This document shows, one piece after another, positions 28,774 through 37,122 of a DNA stretch of 43,265 bases. The notes beneath the pieces were generated by a model. It was not told the DNA's origin. It saw only the letters and a list, made by a program, of their open reading frames with translations, and searched no databases. The DNA comes from a virus (lineage: Duplodnaviria > Caudoviricetes). Location: IMG/VR virus record IMGVR_UViG_3300025288_000038, positions 1 to 43,265 of that record. One strand, 5' to 3'. A program made the position numbers and the translations under genes. How positions within the stretch are numbered: position 1 is the first letter of the stretch; every line of letters begins with the position of its first letter.

Positions 28774-28892
28774 GGAGCTAACATACACATCATAACCACC
28801 CCGGAGCAACCGTTTGCGGGACCGAAGCGGAGTGCATCGCGTACGAAACTAGTAAGCCTACCATGTTCTACGTTACTACCTAGGAGACGCTC

Positions 28893-29183
28893 GTGAAAGC
28901 TATTACTACAATTATGCTGGAAGTCAATAATAACCCCGACCCCGCCGAGGGGGCAATTCGTGCCCTCTTGCGCCTTTACAGCCGGAAATACGTGCTACAA
29001 GCGCTCTCGAAGAGCTTGACATCGGACTACCGGGATGTCGCGGCTGTCCTGTTCTCGCTATCTTACCGCGCCGACGTGATCGAGCTGGACACCAAGGATG
29101 CACACCCGCACTTGGAAAAGAACGCGTTACCAAGGGTTACCCGTAGCAAATCATTTTACGCGGATGACGATATTCCGTTCTAA
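28893..29183 (+). CDS. Small protein ending in an SSB-type DDDIPF tail
   Basis: AGGAG RBS plus GTG; C-terminus SFYADDDIPF. Confidence 0.7.
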   Translation: MKAITTIMLEVNNNPDPAEGAIRALLRLYSRKYVLQALSKSLTSDYRDVAAVLFSLSYRADVIELDTKDAHPHLEKNALPRVTRSKSFYADDDIPF

Positions 29184-29345
29184 TTTCTACCATGCGCTAA
29201 AATCGGCGCATTCAAAGGACGAAATTATGAGCATATCAGTCGACATGCTTGGGCACTACTGAGCTGGCATGGCCATATATTTTGTATTATGATTGTTATA
29301 CCCGCGCACTAAGTGGGATAACAATGAATTTTGGAACGGGGCGAA

Positions 29346-29519
29346 ATGAGCGAAACATGTAAATGGACTTATGACGAAAATGGCGCATGGGATACCGAAT
29401 GCGGCAACCGCTTTGAGATAACAGAGGGTACGCCGCACGAAAACAACATGCACTTTTGCGCGTTTTGTGGGAAGAGGCTGGAAGAGATATTAGCTGACGA
29501 CGATAACCCGGTTTGTTGA
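29346..29519 (+). CDS. Small zinc-ribbon protein
   Basis: C.W...WDTECG...FCAFCGK motif; ATG at 29346. Confidence 0.7.
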   Translation: MSETCKWTYDENGAWDTECGNRFEITEGTPHENNMHFCAFCGKRLEEILADDDNPVC

Positions 29520-29578
29520 CTATACTACTCGTTTCCACACCGGGGTAACCAATTACGGCTCGGGCGCAGCAACAGTAT

Positions 29579-29605
29579 AAAAAAAGAGGACCCCTGGGGG
29601 TCCTC
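29579..29605 (-). terminator. Intrinsic terminator
   Basis: Minus strand GAGGACCC-CCAG-GGGTCCTC followed by 7 T. Confidence 0.9.
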
Positions 29606-29637
29606 AACGTACAACTAAGGAGACTACCCCCAAAGAG

Positions 29638-30148
29638 TACGGGCAACTAATACTAGGTTACAAAATAGCTGCCAATTGCGCGAATAACGACAAGAATTTT
29701 GGAATAGATTATCTTTTCTCAAGTTCAGATCTGGCATTACCACCCCAAACGCCAACGCGAGCCCAGGCACAGTACAATTAAACCCCTACGTCTTTCAGGA
29801 GCCCGCTATGTGCCTTTCTTCTCCCGTTTCTATTTGCGTTTCGTTTTGTTATCCTCCGAATTCACGAGAGCAAGTATTTGACATGACTACTTGTCTACTT
29901 TCCCACTTCAGGTGTTCCAACAGCCCGATTTTGCCTATTTCGTTACAACGAAAGATTAGGATAATTGTGTGGCTCGGGGTAAAAAAGCAAATGCAGTGTT
30001 ATTTAGTACGATAAAAACGGCTGGAGGTAAGCCGATTCTCGAGAGTGGGTAGGTGGATTTCGTACCCACTTAGCGGTAAACCGGTACCGTTTGACAGTAA
30101 TGTCTACACCTCTCGCCGCCACGCGGCAGGCCACTTAGTTGCCCCGTA
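29638..30148 (-). ncRNA. Candidate large structured ncRNA, family unassigned
   Basis: No credible ORF; ends are complementary (30135-30148 with 29638-29650); about ten internal helices, several needing G-U pairs available only on the minus strand; terminator just downstream. Confidence 0.65.
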
Positions 30149-30158
30149 TATATATATT

Positions 30159-30220
30159 TGGGCCGCCTACTTGGCGGCCCAGTGAGGCTCCAAACCCCCA
30201 AGCTAAGCTTGGGGATTCGG
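30159..30220 (-). other. Two strong hairpins directly after the capsid stop codon
   Basis: 14-bp stem with 2 G-U pairs (30190-30220) and a perfect 9-bp stem (30159-30181); no U tract follows the second. Confidence 0.75.
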
Positions 30221-31624
30221 TTAGGCAGTGAAGTTACTGACCGTGCCCTTCCGGAAGTACTTGGCTTGGTTCACGACACTGGCGTAGAGTGAGACCATAC
30301 CAGCGGCGTTGTACAAGTCCGGGGATTGGAACACCGGAGTAGCATACAGAGGGATGTAGTCGCCCAGGACGATGGAGCTGTCCCCGATGACATAGCCCTT
30401 GAAGCCAACGATGTAGGTGTTCGCGTCCATGGTCGGGACTTTAATGACGGACACGGTACCGTCGCGCAGGGTACCGATCTCGTACGGTCCGATGGGAGCC
30501 ACAACACCGGATTCCTTGAAGCCCTTGACCTGACTCCAAATATTGGCAGCGTTGTAGCCACACAGTACCCAGCTCACACCACCGCGGCCCAGTTCGGACT
30601 GGATCAGGCTCTCAGCGTAGTCTAGCTTAACACCCATTTCAGCGTAGCGGGCCAGCTTCGAGTAGTTGGTGGGCGGGGTGGCGTCGAAGTTCAGGGAGAC
30701 GTCGGCTTGGGCATGCAGGATGATCTGGTTGATCAACTGCATGTCGCGCTCCTGCTTGATGAAGGAGCCAACCAACTGAGTCAGCATATCACCCAGGTCC
30801 AGGTTGTAGTGACCCTCGGCCGCGAACTGGGACATCTGGCTCCACACCACCTTGAGCGGATGCGGCTCGGCAGTGATCGGGAGATTGGTGATCTGGATAT
30901 CCAGCGAACGAGTATGGGCGGAGTTCTGCTCAGAATCGTACCGGTACTGGGCAACGGCGTTAGTACCATTGGCGGGGGCAGTGGTGTAGGTAAGGGAGAT
31001 CGCACCACTGGTGTAGTCGATAGTACCGGTGACACCGGTGCCAGTCAGGGTACCGGAGCCGTTGTCAGTACAGGTAACCGAACCACAGGTGATGGTGACG
31101 GTACCGGAACGGACGGGAACAACGTCCAGGGTGCCAGTCAGGGTGGTGGCAGTACCGTTGCCCGTGCTGACTACGGCGGTGATGTTCTCGGACGCGTAGG
31201 TACCGTCGGTGATGTTCTGGAACACTTGCTGACCGGCAGTCACGCCGCCAGCCGAGTTCGAGTACACCGGGCGGACCAGCACGATCTGGCCGTTCTGGCG
31301 GTCCATGGGCTGGATGTCAACCAGCTTATGGCTGATCAGGTTCGGGTAGAAGACGCGAACGATGTCGATGATCTTCGGGACCAGGGTACCCAGGGCGTTA
31401 GTGAACACGGCTTCCATCCGCTTGTCGCGAGAAACGGACTCCATGAACCGGGCTTGGTTCTCCATAACGAGTAGGGAGTTGGCGGCGACAGCCGAGCGGG
31501 CCGAATCAGCGCCTTCCAGGGCTTCCAGTAGGGACTTGTACTTCTTCCAAGAGCGGTTCTCGTCCAAGACACGCTGGACAGCCTTGCTGCGGTCTTCTTG
31601 GATTTTGCGTTCGAATAGTTGCAT
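30221..31624 (-). CDS. Major capsid protein, T4 gp23-like
   Basis: VMENQ, LVDIQPM....GQI, TAEPH.LK..WS and IGTL motifs; follows the protease gene; AAGGA RBS. Confidence 0.93.
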   Translation of the reverse strand: MQLFERKIQEDRSKAVQRVLDENRSWKKYKSLLEALEGADSARSAVAANSLLVMENQARFMESVSRDKRMEAVFTNALGTLVPKIIDIVRVFYPNLISHKLVDIQPMDRQNGQIVLVRPVYSNSAGGVTAGQQVFQNITDGTYASENITAVVSTGNGTATTLTGTLDVVPVRSGTVTITCGSVTCTDNGSGTLTGTGVTGTIDYTSGAISLTYTTAPANGTNAVAQYRYDSEQNSAHTRSLDIQITNLPITAEPHPLKVVWSQMSQFAAEGHYNLDLGDMLTQLVGSFIKQERDMQLINQIILHAQADVSLNFDATPPTNYSKLARYAEMGVKLDYAESLIQSELGRGGVSWVLCGYNAANIWSQVKGFKESGVVAPIGPYEIGTLRDGTVSVIKVPTMDANTYIVGFKGYVIGDSSIVLGDYIPLYATPVFQSPDLYNAAGMVSLYASVVNQAKYFRKGTVSNFTA

Positions 31625-31695
31625 GGTGTTTCCTTTACGATTGGTGGATACTGGAATCTTACTGTCTATGGTGCAGGAGTTTTAAACTTCTTCGG

Positions 31696-33285
31696 TTACA
31701 TCCAACCCGGGGGTAGGGACTGGCTCTCTTTCGAGCCTATCTTAGTAGAGGCCTTGGGGTCGCTCTTGCTGTTCCGCAGAACGCGGCCCTCGGTGACTTG
31801 ACCCTTCTTCGACTTGAAGGACTCGGCTTGCGAGCCGTGGCCGATGAGCGTGAACCCGGCGCTTTCCATGTTGAAATCTTCCATCACATTCTTGGGGGCG
31901 GACTGTATGAACTCATATGCCTCGGCCCAGCTACCCACGTCCTTGGCCCAGGTGGAGCCGTCTGCCACGAACATCTGAATCTGGGTACCACCACTGTCGG
32001 TACCAGCCAAAATGGCGGAGTAGTCGTTGCCCTCGCTGATCATGGGCTCCATTTTTCCAAACGGGCGGCCAGCCCCGGCGAAGGTCTGGTAGTCGGCGTC
32101 AGTGAAGAAGGTCCACACAGACTCGATCAAGTTGGTCTTTTCGGATACCACGAGAGGGTTCCCGCGGGCCAGCTTGGCGGCTTCCTTTACAGCAATCCTG
32201 TAGGCCAACTGGTGACGGGCGGCTTCTTTCACAGCAATCTTGTAGGCCAGACGGTACTTGGTGGCCTCACCGAGTAGGACAACGTTCTCCTTGACCAAGG
32301 CGGCGGACTGGCCCACAGCCTCGCGTAAGTGGGTAACTAGGGCGCGAGCCTTGAGGTTACCCCGCCGCTGAGCGACCAGGGCAGCTTCCTTAACAGCCCT
32401 AGACTTGGTAGCTAGTTGGTTCAGACCGGCGGCCATTGCGTGCAGCTGCTTGGAGCGCTGTTCCACTAGCTTACGGTACATAGAAGACTTGTCGGCAGAC
32501 TCAGTAACGGGCTTGGCGTGGACTTCCTTGAATAGGGTATCCTTGATGTTGTTCCACTCGCCGTATACGCTGGCCAAGTCTTTGGCAAGCATGGTGGACT
32601 CCGACAGTACCGTTTCCACGGCGGCGGCCCGCTGGTACGCAGCGAACTTGTCGGCAGTCAACTCGTTGGCCATGAGCACACGCTGTTCATTCAGGTACTT
32701 CAGGGTCTGATCCTTGTTCATCTTTCCGTCCTTGGTTGCAAAGTTGGGGCGCGCATTTTCGCGCACTAATTGAGGCCGAACGCGTAGCTGGGCCGACGGG
32801 TCGCCGACGCAGTCACAGCCGAGGAAGTCGTAGTCTTCAAGAATGTTGCCGTAGTTGTCCAGCGATCCCAGGCCACGGATCGACACCCCGAACGCGACAT
32901 TGGCCTCGATCAGGGCGCGGAGGTTGTTGCCATTAGTGGTGGGAAGTACTTCCCACTTACCCATCATGATGTCGCCGTCAACCCAGGCCTCCACCACGAC
33001 ATGAGAGGCCTCCCCAGGAGTAACGTAGGGCTCCTCCGGGTGCTCATTCACGGAGGACAGCAGCTCCTTGTTCTGAAACGCAGACTCGGCGCGCTTGATA
33101 GCGCTCTCCATGACTTGCGTTCCGTACACCCGACCGTTAAGGTTCTTCTCGTTTAGCTTGGTCATTGGCAGGGTAACAAGTAGCTTGTCCCCAGAAGACT
33201 CGACGAGGTAATGACCGGAATCGGCTTGCCGGCCGACTTGCACCGGCTGGACTTGAATGGTCTCAATCAGTAGTTTACGTAACAT
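31696..33285 (-). CDS. Prohead protease (T4 gp21-like) with long scaffold-like extension
   Basis: N.NGRVY, EHP, SH, GVSIRGLGS and D.V.DPS catalytic motifs, then about 340 aa largely helical. Confidence 0.92.
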   Translation of the reverse strand: MLRKLLIETIQVQPVQVGRQADSGHYLVESSGDKLLVTLPMTKLNEKNLNGRVYGTQVMESAIKRAESAFQNKELLSSVNEHPEEPYVTPGEASHVVVEAWVDGDIMMGKWEVLPTTNGNNLRALIEANVAFGVSIRGLGSLDNYGNILEDYDFLGCDCVGDPSAQLRVRPQLVRENARPNFATKDGKMNKDQTLKYLNEQRVLMANELTADKFAAYQRAAAVETVLSESTMLAKDLASVYGEWNNIKDTLFKEVHAKPVTESADKSSMYRKLVEQRSKQLHAMAAGLNQLATKSRAVKEAALVAQRRGNLKARALVTHLREAVGQSAALVKENVVLLGEATKYRLAYKIAVKEAARHQLAYRIAVKEAAKLARGNPLVVSEKTNLIESVWTFFTDADYQTFAGAGRPFGKMEPMISEGNDYSAILAGTDSGGTQIQMFVADGSTWAKDVGSWAEAYEFIQSAPKNVMEDFNMESAGFTLIGHGSQAESFKSKKGQVTEGRVLRNSKSDPKASTKIGSKESQSLPPGWM

Positions 33286-33622
33286 TTTTCCGTTCTACAT
33301 TCCTAAATCCTAACCCCAAGAGTATGAACGACTGCAAAGCAACGGGGGCCACATTAAACAGCGGGGCGACCTCCGTGAGCCGCAAAATCGCATCTTCAGA
33401 CAGCTCCGGCCGCAGGACTGGGATTAGTTCCTCCACATTCCTTACGCCCGATAAAAGTTGGCGAATTCCGGGCAGATACTCGTGGTCCACCGAGAAGTAC
33501 TTCTTGCGTTTAGCTTCGCCAATCAGTGCCGAGAACCGACTACCATACATCGACAGTAGCCGCTTCCGCTGTACTTGGCTGGCAAAGTTCAGCTCAATGG
33601 TAAACTTTACACGTGGTGTCAC
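33275..33622 (-). CDS. Hypothetical protein
   Basis: 115-aa ORF between portal and protease, overlapping both. Confidence 0.6.
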   Translation of the reverse strand: MTPRVKFTIELNFASQVQRKRLLSMYGSRFSALIGEAKRKKYFSVDHEYLPGIRQLLSGVRNVEELIPVLRPELSEDAILRLTEVAPLFNVAPVALQSFILLGLGFRNVERKNVT

Positions 33623-35201
33623 TGGCGGCCGCCTCCAAAATACTACTGTACGAGGGCCGCTGACCAGCAGCCTCGAAGAACGACCGGCGCTCGGTGGTTT
33701 GAGCTGATTCCTGATCGTCTGGGAACATCATGCCGTGTGGCATACCGATCAAGTCCAACAGCTTCTTGACCTCGACGTCAGTGATTTGGATCTGCTCCGA
33801 GAACGTACCTTTAAGCTCCTTGTAGGTACTCACTAGGTCGTAAGCGTCCTTGTACGTCTGCATGAGCTCCCCGGATATATACGGGGACTTCTTGAAGTAC
33901 ACACGCACAGGTGTCTTAGAGACATCCCCACCCAGATACAACGCCAGCAGGGTAATTAGCTTCTTGAGTCCCAAGCAATACGCTTCCCCGATTGGAATCA
34001 AAGACCGGGCGAACTTAATATCCTGCTGCCGTAGAGACAGGGGGCGCTGCTGGCCCTGCCCCTCGCTGGCTAAGAAGAACCCCTTAGGTAGTCGGGACGC
34101 GTTGATAAGCTTGTCCCTAAAATACTCTACGTCCTCGATGGAGGACACCTCCAGGGACGTGGACAGCTTCTTGGCATCGAACCCCTCTGGAATCCACAAG
34201 TAGTCTACGAGGGACGTATCTTGATTACGACTAATGCGGGCACCAGAGCCGCCCAGTAATATATTGCGCAAGCTGTTCTTCAACTGCGACAACCTGTTAA
34301 GCACGGAGGACGGGTCCCCGCGTAACCCAGGCACGGTAATGGCGATCTTGTCCAGCCGATTGGCACGCGTGATGGCCAGCAAGTCCTCCAGGATGGTTAG
34401 TTTTTCCCATGGGACCCGCATCTTCTCTAGCTCGCTGAGCCCGTACGGGAACGTATCCCGAGAGGCTATGGAGAACAGGGCGTACTCCCACGGGAAAAAC
34501 TTATCCCCTCCCTTGGTACCCCCGGGTTCCGTCGGGTCTTCTAGGATCATCTCGTAGATGCGGCTCCGACTAGCCTCTAGCTCGTAGGTCTCAGACGTCC
34601 GAAAAACCACGGACAGGTCGTCTTTCGAGAATGGAGACTTAATGCTGGTATACTCTCCGGCGTTACCCTCGGTGAGCTCCGGGACAAGACGACTACCATC
34701 TCGGCGCGTAACAGTGTAAGAGAAGTCCCCCGACTTGCACAAGCTACGGATATCGGCGCGTACCGATGTTAGAACGTTGTTGGACTCCAGGACGGCCATC
34801 ACCTTCTCGCGGAGGTTTTTGTCGTTGATCTCGATGACCAGGGATGCCTCGGATGAATCACCGATGTTCACCACCTCGTCGGCGATAACGTCCAGCACCA
34901 CGGAGCCCTCGGCTCCGGACTTATCCATCTTCTTGTAGGCTTTCAGACGGCTGGAGCGACTAGCTACCAAGTCTACGGAGTCCAAGGTGGACGACGACCA
35001 CTTACTGTGAAAGTTGTCGACACTGGTGTCGTAGTCGACCTCACCGCTCCGTATCGGAACTAGCTGCCCGTCCGGGGTTGTCTTGAGGTCGTACCCCAGG
35101 TCGGTTAGTAGGGTTTGGACGTCCCGAACCGAGACGCCCTTTTGCACTTGCTTCCGGCGAGTAAAGATACCCGCTAGGAAGCTGGACTTACCGCCGGCCA
35201 T
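33594..35201 (-). CDS. Portal protein, T4 gp20-like
   Basis: LDVIADE, PYG.S.LE, LED.L.I.R, DYLWIP, IEDVEYFRDKL..A.R.PK and QDIKFAR motifs. Confidence 0.92.
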   Translation of the reverse strand: MAGGKSSFLAGIFTRRKQVQKGVSVRDVQTLLTDLGYDLKTTPDGQLVPIRSGEVDYDTSVDNFHSKWSSSTLDSVDLVASRSSRLKAYKKMDKSGAEGSVVLDVIADEVVNIGDSSEASLVIEINDKNLREKVMAVLESNNVLTSVRADIRSLCKSGDFSYTVTRRDGSRLVPELTEGNAGEYTSIKSPFSKDDLSVVFRTSETYELEASRSRIYEMILEDPTEPGGTKGGDKFFPWEYALFSIASRDTFPYGLSELEKMRVPWEKLTILEDLLAITRANRLDKIAITVPGLRGDPSSVLNRLSQLKNSLRNILLGGSGARISRNQDTSLVDYLWIPEGFDAKKLSTSLEVSSIEDVEYFRDKLINASRLPKGFFLASEGQGQQRPLSLRQQDIKFARSLIPIGEAYCLGLKKLITLLALYLGGDVSKTPVRVYFKKSPYISGELMQTYKDAYDLVSTYKELKGTFSEQIQITDVEVKKLLDLIGMPHGMMFPDDQESAQTTERRSFFEAAGQRPSYSSILEAAASDTTCKVYH

Positions 35202-35652
35202 GGCGCGCTCCTTTATCTACGTAAAACGTGAGGCGGGTTCGACTACCGTGACAGTATGCACGTATTGTCGCCGACTGCGCTTCTACTAGTACGGCTAGCG
35301 TGTATACCTTGTTCCCGTGATAGCACTCTTCCAGGGCTAGCAAAGGGGTGCACCCTACGTAGGAGAACTCGTATTCTTCCGTCTCGTCAAGGTCGATGTT
35401 GTTTGACATGAAAGTAAGCTCGGGTAACCCGGCTATGTTGCACTCGCACGGGGTAACCCTGATTATCTGCTTCTTGTCGTTGACTTTCACCAGGGTAACT
35501 GCCTGCCCGGGCTCCACCGAACGGTCACACAGGACAGTGGTATTGCCCCGCAACCCCCAGTAGTTGTACGTCCACCCGGCTACCGCCTTCTTCAGCCGGT
35601 AGGGTACCACGAACTTGACGCCGACCTCGGCACGGGAATATAAGATGTCCAC
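35188..35652 (-). CDS. Hypothetical protein
   Basis: 154-aa ORF, GTG start 2 nt after the upstream stop, overlaps the portal start. Confidence 0.65.
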   Translation of the reverse strand: MDILYSRAEVGVKFVVPYRLKKAVAGWTYNYWGLRGNTTVLCDRSVEPGQAVTLVKVNDKKQIIRVTPCECNIAGLPELTFMSNNIDLDETEEYEFSYVGCTPLLALEECYHGNKVYTLAVLVEAQSATIRAYCHGSRTRLTFYVDKGARHGRR

Positions 35653-35654
35653 GG

Positions 35655-36068
35655 TTACGCGAGTATGAGGAACTCGTGATCCGCCCGCTTGTACTCCTCG
35701 CCGGCCACGAAGATGGCCTCGCTGGTGACCTCGGACACAAGACCGGTATCCACCTGATCTTGGGTACCAGCCTTATACACACGAACCAGCTGGTTCTTGC
35801 ATACGACGTCGGACATACCGCTCGACTCGACGACACGATGGGAGGGACTCTCGACCTTCTCGGTTAGGGCGGAGTACATCCGGGTGCCTAATACACGAAT
35901 GGTGTCGCCGTTCTCGTCGATTAGCGTCACCACGGCTTGACCAGCAAGGTCGTTAGACCCGCCCAAAAAAATGCTCTCGATCTTGAACGACTTCACGCTA
36001 CCATCGTCGGCGCGTAGGGTAACAGAGTCACCCGCTTTGTACAATTGCTTGGCCACACTAAGCTCCAT
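35655..36068 (-). CDS. Putative prohead core protein
   Basis: Two small beta domains separated by KVES/VVES motifs; C-terminus resembles that of the upstream gene. Confidence 0.6.
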   Translation of the reverse strand: MELSVAKQLYKAGDSVTLRADDGSVKSFKIESIFLGGSNDLAGQAVVTLIDENGDTIRVLGTRMYSALTEKVESPSHRVVESSGMSDVVCKNQLVRVYKAGTQDQVDTGLVSEVTSEAIFVAGEEYKRADHEFLILA

Positions 36069-36074
36069 ATAGTT

Positions 36075-36103
36075 GGTGAGGAACCCCGAAAGAGTTCCTC
36101 ACC
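36075..36103 (-). other. Intercistronic UUCG-loop hairpin
   Basis: Minus strand GGTGAGGAACTCT-TTCG-GGGTTCCTCACC with a perfect 10-bp outer stem, ending 6 nt before the ATG at 36068. Confidence 0.8.
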
Positions 36104-36126
36104 GAGCCTAGAGGGCTTACTTCTGA

Positions 36127-36867
36127 TTACATAGCCAAGACTTGGAATCGGTACTTGGCAGGACTATACGACTCACCGCTTTCCAGAGCCACGGACCCGC
36201 TCTTGGCACCAGCAATGGTTCCCGTGTCAACTTTCCTGCCGGTCTTAGTCTCGTACACGTTCACCAGGGCCCCAACGCGGGCCTCAATGAGGTTGTCGTC
36301 AGAGTTTTCGGCGGACGCGGACTGGTCGGCCGCGGCACCAGCGGTGGTGTCGGTGGAACCGGTGTCGTGGTCATTGACGAAGGTAGCCAAGTTACTTAGG
36401 TTGGTAGCACCAGCACCATTCTCGGTGGAGGCATCGCCAGACTTGACGTCGGTGTCCACGTCCAGGGCCACAGCTTCCCGCATGATGGCTCGTCGGACGG
36501 CAGCCCGGGTGCTCTCAATGGCTCGCCGGCGGAGGCGCATAAGGTTCGAGCGAATCTTCGACTCGGTCTTGGGCTCGGTGGCCAGCACGTCATCAAGACC
36601 GATGTCGGTAACGGGGCCGCCGTCGGCATCGCCGCTGACCAGAGTCACGTCATCGCCAATGGCAGCTTGGGCTTCTTCCTCAGAGGAGAACGGGCCGATC
36701 AGCAGATCACCATCCTTGAAGGTAACGGTGGGATCGTCAATGGTGGGGGTGACGACGGCGTAGACCTCGCCCTCCTCCACGTCCTCCATTTTAACGAACT
36801 TAACCTTGGACTCGGCCAAGGTACGGGCGGTGACGAACGCCTCTTTACGGGTCATCTTGCGCTTCAT
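36127..36867 (-). CDS. Putative scaffold/prohead core protein
   Basis: Alternating acidic and basic segments with many xxES/xxEA motifs; AGGAG RBS; lies in the head cluster. Confidence 0.65.
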   Translation of the reverse strand: MKRKMTRKEAFVTARTLAESKVKFVKMEDVEEGEVYAVVTPTIDDPTVTFKDGDLLIGPFSSEEEAQAAIGDDVTLVSGDADGGPVTDIGLDDVLATEPKTESKIRSNLMRLRRRAIESTRAAVRRAIMREAVALDVDTDVKSGDASTENGAGATNLSNLATFVNDHDTGSTDTTAGAAADQSASAENSDDNLIEARVGALVNVYETKTGRKVDTGTIAGAKSGSVALESGESYSPAKYRFQVLAM

Positions 36868-36876
36868 ACTGTACTC

Positions 36877-37122
36877 CTATCTCATGGTTGTTTGACAAAC
36901 AGAAGAAAAGTTCCTCTGTCGAACAAGACTATTGCAGCCAATAGCCCATTTAACTACCTTGTCCTTCATGAACTCTTCCGCCGTCTTTCCGTTGCTGAAC
37001 CACTTGACAAGCATCGGTTTGGTACCGTGAATCCCACCCTCGGCCAGAATACCCATGATGACAGCGTCGTCCTGGGCATTGGCGTTCAAGTTCCACACCC
37101 CCGGGGGGTTGGACTCGTTCAC
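36877..37122 (-). CDS. Small hypothetical protein, or frameshifted tail of the upstream gene
   Basis: GTG at 37122 overlaps the upstream TGA; begins VNES. Confidence 0.5.
   Translation of the reverse strand: MNESNPPGVWNLNANAQDDAVIMGILAEGGIHGTKPMLVKWFSNGKTAEEFMKDKVVKWAIGCNSLVRQRNFSSVCQTTMR

Noticed and set aside
24800-29640. Island as an integrative mobile element
   Set aside because: No integrase, transposase, att-like direct repeats or terminal inverted repeats were seen at its borders.
29808-30014. 68-aa plus-strand ORF preceded by AGGAG
   Set aside because: No recognisable motif, and the region is better explained by minus-strand helices. It is not fully excluded.
29638-30148. RNase P, tmRNA or group I intron identity for the structured region
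   Set aside because: RNase P-like words (AGAATCGGCTTA, GGGAAAGT) are in the wrong order and do not form P4; there is no tRNA-like T arm or CCA end; no gene is interrupted and the group I core matches are poor.
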